From assembly GCA_030834445.1 (NCBI GenBank), contig JAURFC010000001.1, positions 22,544-86,543 of the forward strand: 64,000 bases of DNA, read 5' to 3'. This stretch comes from Bacillota bacterium (GTDB taxonomy: Bacteria > Bacillota_I > Bacilli_A > RFN20 > CAG-826). Below the pieces are notes generated by a model. The model ran no database searches. It was not told where the DNA came from and saw only the letters and a list, made by a program, of their open reading frames with translations. Shown piece after piece: positions 43,312-54,160 of the stretch. Every line of letters starts with the position of its first letter. Positions within the stretch are counted from its first letter, which is position 1. Both the position numbers and the translations under genes were made by a program.

Positions 43312-45036
43312 ATGAATGCACAAGACAAAATCCGCCTGTTTGCATTAGGTGGACTCGATGAACACGGCAAATGTATGTTTGTCGTGGAATTAGGGTCTGA
43401 CCTTTTCGTCATTGAAGCGGGCCTCAAGTATCCGACCCGAGATCATCCCGGTGTCGATGCGATTATCCCTAACATTGACTATCTCATCAAAGAACGTCAC
43501 CGTGTCCGTGCGTACATTATTACCCATGGTCATGATGACCAAATGGGTGCTTTACCTTACATTTATAAACAAGTGACTGCTCCGGTGTATGGTACGCCAG
43601 CAACGATTGCCTTACTCAACCAATACACGAAAGAATTAAAGCTGAATGTCGAGTATGAAACGCATATCATTCAACCGACCAGTCAAGTCAAAATTGCAGG
43701 ATATGATTTTCATTTCTTCCAAACCGTTCATAGCGTGATGGATTCGTGCGGTTTTGCGATTGATACCCCCTTTGGTAACATCGTTTATTCGGGGGATTTT
43801 ATTGTTGAATACAATACGCATAAACACTATAAGCATGATCTCAATGCCCTAGCGAAAATCGCGGAAAAAGAAACACTTGTTTTACTCACTGAATCCGAAG
43901 CTGCGGATAAAGTAGGATATTGCTCACCGAATCATCGCTTAAATGATCATCTGGTCATCCCGTTCCAAATGGCACAAGGCCGCGTGTTTATTGCCCTTTA
44001 TAATCAATCGGTTTATAACCTTGAAGAAGTCGTTCAATTTGCAATGGCCAATCAAAAGAAAGTCATTTTCTACGATCAAGAAACCGAAAATTACATTGAA
44101 ACCTTCATGAAACTCAATGCCTTATCGCTTCCTCGTGACAAAATTGTCAGTCGTGAAAATCACTTACGTACAGCGATCAAAGACCAAGTCATTATCATGA
44201 TGGGACAAGGCGAACGCGTTTATAAAAAAATTGATGAACTTGCCAATAGCGTCAATGAAGATAAAACGTTCTCCCTTAACACCAGTGATACCTTTATCGT
44301 CGCTTGCCCTTCCGCGCCCGCCTTTGAAGTGCTCGCCACCGATGCGATTGATGGCATTTATCAAACCGGCGCCAAAGTCGTGAATATTACCCGGAAGCAA
44401 ATTCGCGGATTACACGCACAAGAAGAAGATATTAAAACGCTCGTCTCTTTGCTTAAACCGAAATACTACATGCCGGTGAAAGGTGAATATGTCCATCTCG
44501 TCGCCAACGCCAAACTTGGAGTCGCCACAGGGATCGGCTTAAATCATATGAACACCTTTTTAATGGACAATGGTTTTGTGCTTGAATTTACCGGGGGTAA
44601 ACCTAAACTCTTATTATCGGAATTAGACCGTATTCCGACCGGTGATACGTTTATTGATGGTCTCGGCATTGGTGACGTCAAATCCGACGTCATTCAACAA
44701 CGTCAACGCTTAGGCGAAGATGGGGTTGTTATTTTAGGAGCCACCATCTCCAAACTTCATAAAAAAATTGTCGCTGGACCGGATGTGCAAATGCGAGGTT
44801 TTGTTTTTGTGAAAGATTCCGATAACATCATGAAAGAAATCCAAACGTTATTTGCCCAAGAACTGAACGACTATGTGACCAAAAAAGCGTTTATTGCCTT
44901 GGATGATTTTAAATATTATCTCATTGAAAAGACAGGTAAAATCCTTCGTCGAATCAATGGCAAAAACCCCATTATTTTACCAATTATTCTTTGGTTTGAT
45001 GAAGAACCTGCTTCCGCACCAAAGTCGACAAACTAG
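43312..45036 (+). CDS. rnj: Ribonuclease J, J2-like (degenerate metal-binding motifs)
   Basis: ALGGLDEHGK, THGHDDQMG, HSVMD, GDF, PVKGEY; located between pnp and ftsK. Confidence 0.88.
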   Translation: MNAQDKIRLFALGGLDEHGKCMFVVELGSDLFVIEAGLKYPTRDHPGVDAIIPNIDYLIKERHRVRAYIITHGHDDQMGALPYIYKQVTAPVYGTPATIALLNQYTKELKLNVEYETHIIQPTSQVKIAGYDFHFFQTVHSVMDSCGFAIDTPFGNIVYSGDFIVEYNTHKHYKHDLNALAKIAEKETLVLLTESEAADKVGYCSPNHRLNDHLVIPFQMAQGRVFIALYNQSVYNLEEVVQFAMANQKKVIFYDQETENYIETFMKLNALSLPRDKIVSRENHLRTAIKDQVIIMMGQGERVYKKIDELANSVNEDKTFSLNTSDTFIVACPSAPAFEVLATDAIDGIYQTGAKVVNITRKQIRGLHAQEEDIKTLVSLLKPKYYMPVKGEYVHLVANAKLGVATGIGLNHMNTFLMDNGFVLEFTGGKPKLLLSELDRIPTGDTFIDGLGIGDVKSDVIQQRQRLGEDGVVILGATISKLHKKIVAGPDVQMRGFVFVKDSDNIMKEIQTLFAQELNDYVTKKAFIALDDFKYYLIEKTGKILRRINGKNPIILPIILWFDEEPASAPKSTN

Positions 45037-45073
45037 GCCCGCGATTTTGGGTTGAACTTGGTATAATTAACCT

Positions 45074-47467
45074 ATGAAACCCGTCTTAAATCCACAAACG
45101 TATCCTCCCCTTTCCGATCGACCCTTTAAATTTGCGTTGGGTTTATTTTTAATCTTACTTACCTTTCTTGGGTTTATTTCCGAAGGCATTTTTTCTCAGT
45201 TTGTCAGTTTCTTTTTTGCATTTTGGATTGGTGAATTGCGCGTCCTCGGCTTTTTATTCATGATTGGTTATGGCATTAGCCTCATGTTGAATCGCCCCTT
45301 TTTAAAAATTGAACGACGGTTATCCTCATTTGGGATTGCCTTAACGATTTTATCGATATTAGGTTTATCCACCTATGGTGTCTTACAAACGATGGATAAT
45401 CCTCCCGACTTAACCTTACTCGCGTTCTTTCCCAGCTTTTTTACGCTCTTTTTACCACCCGATGGCGCGTTATTTATATTTCATGAAGCCACAGTCGGTG
45501 GCGGTATTTTAGGAAGTTTTGTCGTGGCTCTTATTCGCATTCTTCAACTTGAATCTTTCAATCAACTTTTTTTATTAATCCTCTTATTTGCAGGAATTTT
45601 ATTAAGCCTCGAAAAGATTTGGGCGTACATGATTCATTCGATTGCCTCTACACTGGATGAACGACAAAAAGAGCGGGAACGCTTTCGCCGCATGAGTCAA
45701 CTTTCTCCGACCAAAACATTTGCCAACACGATGACGACCATTGATCCTAATAATGGAGAAACCAAAGTCGTCCGACGATTATTTCCGACGAACGCGGTCA
45801 GTGGACTAACGAAGGTTCAATTTAAACGTCCAGAATCGCAGGCGCCCCAGCAACCTAGCATGCAACCTGTATCGCTTCCTTTAGAAACGAGTGAAGAAGA
45901 ACCTCAACCCATCCCCATCACCACCTCAAATAACACGCTTTATGAAGCACCGGATATTTTACCCGAGCCAATAGAGAAACCGCTTAATCCATCCGTGGCT
46001 GCACCCAAACCGATAACGGCCTATGCAACCCCCGATCTTAGTTTATTAACATCGCGAACGAATGGTCTTGACCGTGATTTTAATGAAGCAGTTACCAAAA
46101 AACGCGTGGATATCCTCCAACAAAAATTTGCTTCCTTAAATGTTCCTGCCAATATTATTGGCTATGATATTGGGCCCAGTGTTACCTCCTTTGATGTGCA
46201 AATGGCAGAAGGCGCCCAAACCCAACAAGTTAAAAAAGTGCTCCTGGATTTAGGCATTGCCCTCGGGGGCTATGAAGTCGCCTTCCATGACATCGTCCTT
46301 GGTAAAACATGCTCAACGATTGAAGTGGTCAATGAACGCGCGTCGATGGTTGGTTATAAAGAAATGATCAATGATCTCCGCAATAATGAAGAAACCTCCC
46401 ATAAACTTATGATTCCGTTTGGTCGTAACATCATCGGGGAAGTCATTGCCTTTACACCGAAAGACATGATTCACCTTTTAGTCGCAGGATCGAGTGGCAG
46501 TGGAAAAACGGTGTTTATGCACACATTTATCATGACCCTTCTCATGCAAACATCCCCTGATCAAGCCCGTATGCTCCTGATTGATCCGAAGAAATTTGAA
46601 TTATCCAAATATAAAAATCTTCCCCACCTACTTTGTCCGATTATTTCAGAAATGGATGAAGCAAAAGTTGCGTTAGAACGTTTAATTGACGTCATGGAAG
46701 AACGTTATCAAGCTTTGCAAGATTCCGAAACGTCTTCGCTTGATCAATATAATCGTTATGCGGTTGAAAATCAAAAACCAACCTTCCCTCTTATTTTTGC
46801 CATTATCGATGAATATAACGACCTGATTAATACGCATCCTCAAGTTTCTGATTTGGTGACGCGTCTCGCCCAAAAAGCTCGTGCAGCCGGCATACACCTT
46901 ATGATCGCTACCCAACGTCCGACCACCGATATCATAACCGGTAGCATTAAAAACAACATGGCCACGATTGTCGCACTGCGTGTGGCTAAACAAGTGGATT
47001 CTGTGACGGTATTAGGACATGGCGGTGCCGAGATCCTTGGTGGAAACGGCGATATGTATTTAGTGAATCCTTTATTTGCCCGCCAAGGGGAAATTCGGGT
47101 CCAAGGTGCTTACCTCAGTGAAGATGAAATCAGTCGCGTGTGTGCGGATATTCGTTCGCGTCATTTACCCCAATATGATGAACGGTTCTTGAATTTAAAA
47201 GAAACGAGCAACCCTCCTTCCAGTGGCGATGGCTTTTCTCCGAATATGGAACTTACTGATCCCATGTATGAAAGCATTAAAGAAGCGGTCATGCGCATGG
47301 ATTATGTCTCGATGAATTGGATTGCGCGAACCTATGAAATGGGCTATCCTCGTGCGTTACGCCTGTTTAAAATGTTACAAAATGATGGGGTCGTCGATGC
47401 TTCCGATACCAGCCCACAAAATAATAAAGGTCGTAAAGTGCTTATACGTCATCCGGAGGGGGTCTAA
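45074..47467 (+). CDS. ftsK: DNA translocase FtsK/SpoIIIE
   Basis: N-terminal TMs, HLLVAGSSGSGKT, IDEY, ARAAGIHL.IATQRP, C-terminal gamma domain (GYPRA). Confidence 0.93.
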   Translation: MKPVLNPQTYPPLSDRPFKFALGLFLILLTFLGFISEGIFSQFVSFFFAFWIGELRVLGFLFMIGYGISLMLNRPFLKIERRLSSFGIALTILSILGLSTYGVLQTMDNPPDLTLLAFFPSFFTLFLPPDGALFIFHEATVGGGILGSFVVALIRILQLESFNQLFLLILLFAGILLSLEKIWAYMIHSIASTLDERQKERERFRRMSQLSPTKTFANTMTTIDPNNGETKVVRRLFPTNAVSGLTKVQFKRPESQAPQQPSMQPVSLPLETSEEEPQPIPITTSNNTLYEAPDILPEPIEKPLNPSVAAPKPITAYATPDLSLLTSRTNGLDRDFNEAVTKKRVDILQQKFASLNVPANIIGYDIGPSVTSFDVQMAEGAQTQQVKKVLLDLGIALGGYEVAFHDIVLGKTCSTIEVVNERASMVGYKEMINDLRNNEETSHKLMIPFGRNIIGEVIAFTPKDMIHLLVAGSSGSGKTVFMHTFIMTLLMQTSPDQARMLLIDPKKFELSKYKNLPHLLCPIISEMDEAKVALERLIDVMEERYQALQDSETSSLDQYNRYAVENQKPTFPLIFAIIDEYNDLINTHPQVSDLVTRLAQKARAAGIHLMIATQRPTTDIITGSIKNNMATIVALRVAKQVDSVTVLGHGGAEILGGNGDMYLVNPLFARQGEIRVQGAYLSEDEISRVCADIRSRHLPQYDERFLNLKETSNPPSSGDGFSPNMELTDPMYESIKEAVMRMDYVSMNWIARTYEMGYPRALRLFKMLQNDGVVDASDTSPQNNKGRKVLIRHPEGV

Positions 47468-47469
47468 CC

Positions 47470-47802
47470 ATGGCAGTTTCCACCGGCATTGATTTAGCGT
47501 ATATTCCCCGTTTTAAAGAAAAAACCGATTTAGCGAAAAAAATTTTAGCGCCCTATGAATATGAAGCCTATCTTCATCACCCGATTCCAGAACAGTTTTT
47601 AGCCGGGCGATTTGCAGCCAAAGAAGCGTTTATCAAAGCATGGAATACCTTACCGTATCCTGATTTTTCCCACATTGAAATTCATCTAGGTGAACATGGT
47701 AAACCGTTTATTCGCTACCAACAGCACCACTTTGCACTTTCCATCGCACATGATGGGGACTATGCTACGGCAATCGTTATAATAGAACGTGATGCATCTT
47801 AA
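47470..47802 (+). CDS. acpS: Holo-ACP synthase
   Basis: GIDL, LAGRFAAKEAFIKA, GKP, SIAHDGDYA. Confidence 0.93.
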   Translation: MAVSTGIDLAYIPRFKEKTDLAKKILAPYEYEAYLHHPIPEQFLAGRFAAKEAFIKAWNTLPYPDFSHIEIHLGEHGKPFIRYQQHHFALSIAHDGDYATAIVIIERDAS

Positions 47803-49918
47803 ATTTATGAAAGCGATTTTGGTGAAGCCGAACCAAATTCGTGTCTTGGTGTATGGGCCGCTTATTAATCATGACCGCGAGTCGGCCCGTCTTCGTGTTC
47901 AGTTTTCAATCCTTGAAACGATGACGTTACTTGAAGAAGTACCGCAAGCGAATTTAACATCGTTGCTCTTTCAATTGCATCAACCCATTACCTTGGGGAA
48001 TGCTTATGAAATTGTCATTGAATCGTTTGGTAGTGTTCCCGTCGATGTCTCTGAAGCGCTTCATTTTGAGCATTTTGATCGTGATTATACCTATCCTGAT
48101 GATGATCTTGGCGTGAGCTACGCGGACGTTCAAACGACCTTTAAGCTTTGGGCGCCATTAGCGAGCGCCGTGGTTTTAACCTTAAATCCAACCTCTGATT
48201 CACCCCAATACATTCCGATGAAGCGGGGTGATTTTGGTGTTTATGAAACAACTGTTTTAGGGGATTTAGATGGGTTAGCCTACACCTATGATGTCACCAA
48301 TCATGGGGTGACGCGAACGACCCTCGATCCTTACGCGATGGGCTCCACCTTAAATAGTGAAGCCTCCGTGGTCATAAATCCTTCCCGCATCAACGCGATT
48401 CCGCATCACGATGAAAAACTCCCCCCCTTAACCCATCCTACTGATGCGATTATTTATGAAGCCCATGTTCGTGATTTAACAAGTGACCCGCATACGAATA
48501 TTGTTTATAAGGGTCGTTTTTTAGGATTCCTTGAACGAGGTAAAACACTACAAGGAACCTCACAGCCCGTTGGATGGGATTATTTCACCTCCCTTGGATT
48601 TACCCATTTACAATTACTTCCCGTGAACGATTACCGGTCTGTCAATGAACATCAAACCGATCATGCTTACAACTGGGGATATGACCCGTATCAATTTGGT
48701 GTCATTGAAGGCAGTTATGCTTCCGATTTACACGACCCTTATAGTCGCCTTTTGGATTTTAAAACCTTGGTGAGCCAATGCCATCATGCGGGTTTACGCG
48801 TGAATTTAGATGTCGTTTATAACCACGTGTTTGAGTTTCAATATTCCGTATTTGAGAAAGTGGTTCCAGGTTATTATTTCCGTAAACGAACCGATGGAAC
48901 AATGTCGAATGGGTCCTTTTGTGGCAATGACGTCGCCTCAGAAAAACCGATGGTTCGTCACTTAATTGTGCATTTAGCCTTGTATTGGGTAAAAATGTTC
49001 CATATCGATGGCTATCGCTTTGATTTAATGGGGATCATCGACCAAACCACCATGCAACACCTTAGCGATTCGATTCACGCCCTTCGTCCCGATTTTATGA
49101 TGTATGGCGAAGGTTGGAATATGCCCACGGAACTCCCTTTTGAGGCTAAAACGATTACCGAACGGCATGTAGCTTTACCGTCCCTTAGTTTTTTTAATGA
49201 TACGTTCCGCAATGTGTTTAAGGGTGGTAATTTTGAAAATGATATTCTTGTCCCCGGTTTTACAACAGGAAACCCTTCCTTAATGCATGAAGCGATGGGT
49301 GGCATGCTTGGTTCCGCATATCCTCATCTTGGTGGTTATAAAGTCAGTCAACCAAATCAATCCATCAATTATGTCGAATGTCATGACAATGGAACTTTCT
49401 ACGATAAATTGATTCGTTTGTATCCTAACGCATCAGAAACTGAACTTCAGGCTTATATTCGCTTTAGTATTAGTGTGATTTTAACCGCCCAAGGCATTCC
49501 TTTCCTCCACATGGGCCAAGAAGTGGGTGGCACAAAATTAGGCGATCATAATTCGTATAAATCAGGCGATGCGGTCAATCAATTTCGCTTTGAACGAATT
49601 CAACCATACACCCCTGTTATCGCGACCTTGAAAGATTTAATTAGTTTACGAAAAGCATTTCCAGTGCTTCGTCAACCGCACTGTTTACCTACCCAAAACT
49701 TTCATATTGAAGTGCTACAAGAAGGAACCTTTATGATTCATTATCGTTGGGAAAAAGACACTTTTACCCTCGTGATCAACGCCCAGAATCATTCGGTTAC
49801 TTATCACGGAAACCCCCTTCAAGGTCAGCTTTATTTTGATGGGCAAATGCGAGTGGATCAAGCCTTCTCTTTAAAGGATATTCCTCCCTTAAGTGTGCTT
49901 TTTTTGAGACAAACATAA
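47789..49918 (+). CDS. pulA: Type I pullulanase (GH13)
   Basis: FKLWAP, IYEAHVRD, YNWGYDP, DVVYNH, GYRFDLMG, YGEGW, YVECHDN. Confidence 0.93.
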   Translation: MMHLKFMKAILVKPNQIRVLVYGPLINHDRESARLRVQFSILETMTLLEEVPQANLTSLLFQLHQPITLGNAYEIVIESFGSVPVDVSEALHFEHFDRDYTYPDDDLGVSYADVQTTFKLWAPLASAVVLTLNPTSDSPQYIPMKRGDFGVYETTVLGDLDGLAYTYDVTNHGVTRTTLDPYAMGSTLNSEASVVINPSRINAIPHHDEKLPPLTHPTDAIIYEAHVRDLTSDPHTNIVYKGRFLGFLERGKTLQGTSQPVGWDYFTSLGFTHLQLLPVNDYRSVNEHQTDHAYNWGYDPYQFGVIEGSYASDLHDPYSRLLDFKTLVSQCHHAGLRVNLDVVYNHVFEFQYSVFEKVVPGYYFRKRTDGTMSNGSFCGNDVASEKPMVRHLIVHLALYWVKMFHIDGYRFDLMGIIDQTTMQHLSDSIHALRPDFMMYGEGWNMPTELPFEAKTITERHVALPSLSFFNDTFRNVFKGGNFENDILVPGFTTGNPSLMHEAMGGMLGSAYPHLGGYKVSQPNQSINYVECHDNGTFYDKLIRLYPNASETELQAYIRFSISVILTAQGIPFLHMGQEVGGTKLGDHNSYKSGDAVNQFRFERIQPYTPVIATLKDLISLRKAFPVLRQPHCLPTQNFHIEVLQEGTFMIHYRWEKDTFTLVINAQNHSVTYHGNPLQGQLYFDGQMRVDQAFSLKDIPPLSVLFLRQT

Positions 49919-49980
49919 GACATATTCAAGACGTTTTCATTCTAATTTAACCCTAGACTATCTCTTAAAGAGGTAAGGTT

Positions 49981-50259
49981 ATGATTTCAAATGTTATGGT
50001 GATTGGTTTAATGGATGACGTTATTTCCAGTAATACACGATATATTAAAGTCCAACGTGGGTACCGCAATGTCGAAGGGGTCTTTGTGGAAGATAAGATT
50101 CCCATTCGCTACTGGACACGGGCAACGAATAATTATTTTATGACCATGGCAAAGGGGACCTTAGTCGGCATTCGTGGTCGACTTGAAACCGAAGCAGAAG
50201 TGGGTGTTTTAATCATGTGTGATTTTCTTGAAACGCTCCATTTACCTTTAAAGACATAA
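49981..50259 (+). CDS. Short single-stranded DNA-binding protein (OB fold only)
   Basis: NVMVIG, VQRGYRN.EG...D.IPI..W, KGTLVGIRGRLET; no acidic tail. Confidence 0.75.
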   Translation: MISNVMVIGLMDDVISSNTRYIKVQRGYRNVEGVFVEDKIPIRYWTRATNNYFMTMAKGTLVGIRGRLETEAEVGVLIMCDFLETLHLPLKT

Positions 50260-50299
50260 CGTGTAGTCAAACGAAATATTTTCGCTTACAATTAAATCG

Positions 50300-51067
50300 A
50301 TGCGAAAATATCTACGTTTAATTCCCTTACTCTTTATTCCTTTGTTACTTTCCTATTTTTTTGTCGTCCTACCGAATATGTTGTTGCGGAATATATTGCC
50401 TTTATCGTATCGGTATCGCTCCTTACGTTTTGTCGTTAGGATTCTTTATGCGGGATTACGCATTGATTTGCGAGTCCAAAATCCGGAAGTTAGTGAAACG
50501 ACCAAAGATGCCTTTATTGTGTGTAATCACCATTCGTTCATTGATCCTTTCTTTATTATTCATTTATTTCCTAATCCGGTACGTTTTTTGTCGAAAAAAG
50601 AAGTACGACATTTGGCTTTGTTTGGGGATGCAACGGCAAGCATTGATGCGTTATTTATTAATCGCAAAAGCATCAAATCCCAAATTACGTTACTCAAATC
50701 GATGAAAGGGATGTTAGAACAACGAAAAACAAATTGGTTGGTGTTCCCAGAAGGGACTCGCAATCGTGAATTTTATTCCCAACCCCTTCTCCCCTTTAAA
50801 CCCGGCGCCTTTAAACAAGCGATGGAAGCCAAAGTTGATATTTTACCGATGGTCACCTATGGTTTTCAACGGGTTTTAGATAAAAAAATTCATTGGAAAA
50901 AATATCCTGTCCAAATCGCTTTTTTAAAACCGATTACCCCTGCCATGTATGAAGGTTTTTCCACGCGTGAAGTCGCCGAACTCGTTCAAGCTCAGATGCA
51001 ACAAGAAAGTGATAAACTAGTGATAGAAGATCAGCGTTTATGCGCTGAATTCGGACACAAAGTATGA
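50300..51067 (+). CDS. plsC: 1-acyl-sn-glycerol-3-phosphate acyltransferase
   Basis: NHHSFIDP, FPEGTR, PFKPGAF. Confidence 0.92.
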   Translation: MRKYLRLIPLLFIPLLLSYFFVVLPNMLLRNILPLSYRYRSLRFVVRILYAGLRIDLRVQNPEVSETTKDAFIVCNHHSFIDPFFIIHLFPNPVRFLSKKEVRHLALFGDATASIDALFINRKSIKSQITLLKSMKGMLEQRKTNWLVFPEGTRNREFYSQPLLPFKPGAFKQAMEAKVDILPMVTYGFQRVLDKKIHWKKYPVQIAFLKPITPAMYEGFSTREVAELVQAQMQQESDKLVIEDQRLCAEFGHKV

Positions 51068-52362
51068 ACATTTTATCGATTATCGAGCATAAGGCGAACG
51101 GCGATATTTTAACCCACGAAGAAATTCGTTATTTTATTGATCACTACGTGAATGGATCGATCCCTGATTATCAAATGGCCAGCTTACTCATGGCCATTAA
51201 ATTAAAGGGCATGAATGCTCAAGAAACGTCAGATTTAACCCTCGCGATGGTTCACAGCGGTGAAACCATTGATTTATCCGCGATTGAAGGTGTAAAAGTG
51301 GATAAGCATTCTACCGGGGGTGTTGGTGATAAAACATCGCTGGTGGTCGGTCCTCTTGTCGCTAGTCTTGGTTTAAAACTCGCCAAAATGTCTGGTAAAG
51401 GATTAGGTCATACGGGCGGTACGATTGATAAACTCGAATCCATTCCGGGGTTAACCACCGCCTTAACACAAACCCAATTTATTCAGCAAGTACAAACGGT
51501 GGGTATGGCCATTATTGGTCAAACCAATGCCCTTGTTCCTGCGGATAAACTCCTTTATGCCTTACGGGATGTCACCGGAACCGTACAATCCATCCCTCTG
51601 ATTGCTTCTTCGATCATGAGTAAAAAAATCGCGTCTGGTGCACAAACGATTTTACTTGATGTGAAATATGGCAATGGCGCATTTATGAAAACGGTAGATG
51701 ATGCCAAAGTGCTTGCACGTGCCATGGTCGATATTGGTAAAGCACTCGGTCGCGATACGCGTGCCTTGCTTTCTGATATGAATCAACCTTTAGGCTTGGC
51801 CATTGGCAATCGCCTAGAAGTGAAAGAAGCCATGGCGACCTTAAAGGGTCAAGGACCTCATGATTTTACCCAATTATGTGTCGAAGCGGCGGCGGTGATT
51901 GCGATTCAAGCCGGCTTATATTCAGATTTAATGGTTGCAAAAGAGGCGGTTAAAAACCAACTTCAATCCGGTCGTGCCTTGACGATTTTTAACCAGTTTA
52001 TTCAGGCACAAGGCGGCGATTTAAACGCCTTTAATAATCCAAATCTTCATCACGTTAATGTCATAAAACCCATTCTCGCCACCTCTTCAGGTATCCTTCA
52101 TGCGGTGGAGGCGTTACCGTTAGGCTTACTTTCGGTTGATCTTGGCGCAGGACGACAGACCAAAGCCGATGTGATTGATTTTAATGCAGGCATTGTTTTA
52201 CACGTTAAGCCAGGCGATACCGTACAAAAAGGGGATACCCTCTGTATGCTTTACACGAATAAACCCTGGGTGGCATCATGGGAAGCAACCGCCCGTGAAG
52301 CTTTTCACCTTCAAAAGGAAGCGTATCACGCCCCGCATGATGCGTTTATCATGATAGAATAA
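51064..52362 (+). CDS. pdp: Pyrimidine-nucleoside phosphorylase
   Basis: DKHSTGGVGDK, KMSGKGLGHTGGTIDKLESIPG, SIMSKK. Confidence 0.95.
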   Translation: MNILSIIEHKANGDILTHEEIRYFIDHYVNGSIPDYQMASLLMAIKLKGMNAQETSDLTLAMVHSGETIDLSAIEGVKVDKHSTGGVGDKTSLVVGPLVASLGLKLAKMSGKGLGHTGGTIDKLESIPGLTTALTQTQFIQQVQTVGMAIIGQTNALVPADKLLYALRDVTGTVQSIPLIASSIMSKKIASGAQTILLDVKYGNGAFMKTVDDAKVLARAMVDIGKALGRDTRALLSDMNQPLGLAIGNRLEVKEAMATLKGQGPHDFTQLCVEAAAVIAIQAGLYSDLMVAKEAVKNQLQSGRALTIFNQFIQAQGGDLNAFNNPNLHHVNVIKPILATSSGILHAVEALPLGLLSVDLGAGRQTKADVIDFNAGIVLHVKPGDTVQKGDTLCMLYTNKPWVASWEATAREAFHLQKEAYHAPHDAFIMIE

Positions 52363-52367
52363 CATCA

Positions 52368-52805
52368 ATGCGTCTCGTTCTCCAAACCATTGAAAAAGCG
52401 ACTCTTACCGTCCCACACAATCCGAAGGTCTCTGTTAAAAAAGGATTAATCGTTTATGTGGGATTTTCGCATGGCGATACCCTTGAAATCCTTCCCAAAA
52501 TGGTTGATAAACTTCTTCATTTACGTATTTTTCCCGATGATCAAGGAAAAACGAATTGGACACTTGATCAACATCAAGGTCACCTCTTACTTGTCCCTAA
52601 TTTCACCTTATATGGCGATGTGTCCTCTTCGCGTCGCCCTAGTTTTTCGCATTGTTTACCTCCGAAAGAGGCTACCCTCCTTTTTCAACAGTTCGTCGCC
52701 TTATGCCAAGACAAGCGACCGGGAACCCAAGCAGGATATTTTGGGGAAGATATGCACATTGAGGTCGTCCATCAAGGTCCGTTTACCATGGTTATTGAAG
52801 TATGA
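52368..52805 (+). CDS. dtd: D-aminoacyl-tRNA deacylase
   Basis: MRLVLQ, LRIF.D..GK.N, NFTLYG, RRPSF, GPFT. Confidence 0.9.
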   Translation: MRLVLQTIEKATLTVPHNPKVSVKKGLIVYVGFSHGDTLEILPKMVDKLLHLRIFPDDQGKTNWTLDQHQGHLLLVPNFTLYGDVSSSRRPSFSHCLPPKEATLLFQQFVALCQDKRPGTQAGYFGEDMHIEVVHQGPFTMVIEV

Positions 52806-53932
52806 AACCACGCGTGATGATTGGTTTAAGTGGCGGGGTGGATTCTGCCGTCGCCGCTTATGTATTAAAACAACAAGGCTATGATGTCATTGCCGGTTTT
52901 ATGCGTAATTGGGATGCCTTTGCGAATAACGATATGCTTGGAAATCCCACGTTGCGTGATCCCATGTGTCCACAAGAAGTTGATTTTGAAGATGCAGAAA
53001 AAGTGGCCAAAGCCCTTGATATTCCCTTATTCCGAATCGATTTTATTCAAGAGTATTGGGACCATGTTTTTACGTACTTTTTAAAAGAATACGAACTCGG
53101 TCGCACACCGAATCCGGATATCTTTTGTAACAAATACATTAAATTTGATGCCTTTTTAGCGTTTGCCAAATCCCATGGAGCCTCGCTTATTGCCATGGGG
53201 CATTATGCAGGACGCGTGGACCGTGATGGAATCGCGTGGATGGAAATGTCCGCCGATGAAAATAAAGATCAAACGTATTTTTTATCGCAACTTTCTCAAC
53301 AGCAATTAACGTCCACCCTTTTTCCGATTGCCCACATGCCCAAAGCAGAAGTACGGGCCATTGCCAAAAAGTTAAATCTTATTGTCGCCGATAAAAAAGA
53401 TTCAACCGGGGTTTGTTTTATTGGCGAACGTCACTTCAAGGATTTCTTAAAAAACTATATTCCTGCGCAACCCGGTGTCATGATTGATAAAGCTTCCCAA
53501 ACCGTCGTGGGTGAACACGAAGGGGTGTTTTATTACACGATTGGTCAACGCAAAGGGCTTAACATTGGGGGTTCTACACGTTTTGCAAGCTTACCGTGGT
53601 TTGTGGTGGAAAAAGATGTCAAACGCAATATTTTATATGTTGCACAAGGCGAAGATAATGCCTATTTACTTGCCGACACCATTACCGTCAACACCTTAAA
53701 TTGGATCAGTGAAAAACCGAAGGTCGGTGACACCATCATGGCCCGTTTTCGCCACCGTCAACCGTTATTACCGGTTACGATTACGTCTTTAACCGATGAA
53801 TCCATGACCTTAATCTTTCCTAAACCCTATAAAGCGTTAACACCAGGTCAAGGAGCGGTTTTATACTTGCCACCTTATTGCTTGGGTGGAGGACTCATTA
53901 ACGAAGTTTTTTATCAAGGGCATAAGCGTTAA
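52802..53932 (+). CDS. mnmA: tRNA 2-thiouridine(34) synthase
   Basis: SGGVDS, TPNPDIFCN, KDQTYFL, DSTGVCF, YTIGQRKG, TPGQ. Confidence 0.96.
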   Translation: MKPRVMIGLSGGVDSAVAAYVLKQQGYDVIAGFMRNWDAFANNDMLGNPTLRDPMCPQEVDFEDAEKVAKALDIPLFRIDFIQEYWDHVFTYFLKEYELGRTPNPDIFCNKYIKFDAFLAFAKSHGASLIAMGHYAGRVDRDGIAWMEMSADENKDQTYFLSQLSQQQLTSTLFPIAHMPKAEVRAIAKKLNLIVADKKDSTGVCFIGERHFKDFLKNYIPAQPGVMIDKASQTVVGEHEGVFYYTIGQRKGLNIGGSTRFASLPWFVVEKDVKRNILYVAQGEDNAYLLADTITVNTLNWISEKPKVGDTIMARFRHRQPLLPVTITSLTDESMTLIFPKPYKALTPGQGAVLYLPPYCLGGGLINEVFYQGHKR

Positions 53933-53947
53933 TGTTATAATACTTAC

Positions 53948-54142
53948 GAAGCCAATTTTGGAACGTATTTAGTAAAGCGACAACGAACCAGTGCAAGCGT
54001 TGAAATACCCCAAAAGCGCCACTTCCTCGATGCAGTGAATGCCTGCCGTAGCATCGGCGTTAACGATGAAAAAAGGTTGTGAAAATCACAACAAAATAGG
54101 ATGGTACCACGATTGATTCGTTCCTTGAGGGTACTTTTTTTT
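53948..54142 (+). promoter_or_regulatory. T-box riboswitch (alanine specifier) upstream of alaS
   Basis: T-box AGGATGGTACCACG at 54098-54111 pairing with CGTTCCT; terminator ending in T8; stem I with AGCGA bulge and AGTGCAA loop; candidate specifier GCC at 54018-54020; promoter TGTTATAAT 53933-53941. Confidence 0.88.
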
Positions 54143-54160
54143 ATTTAAAGGAGAGACGAG

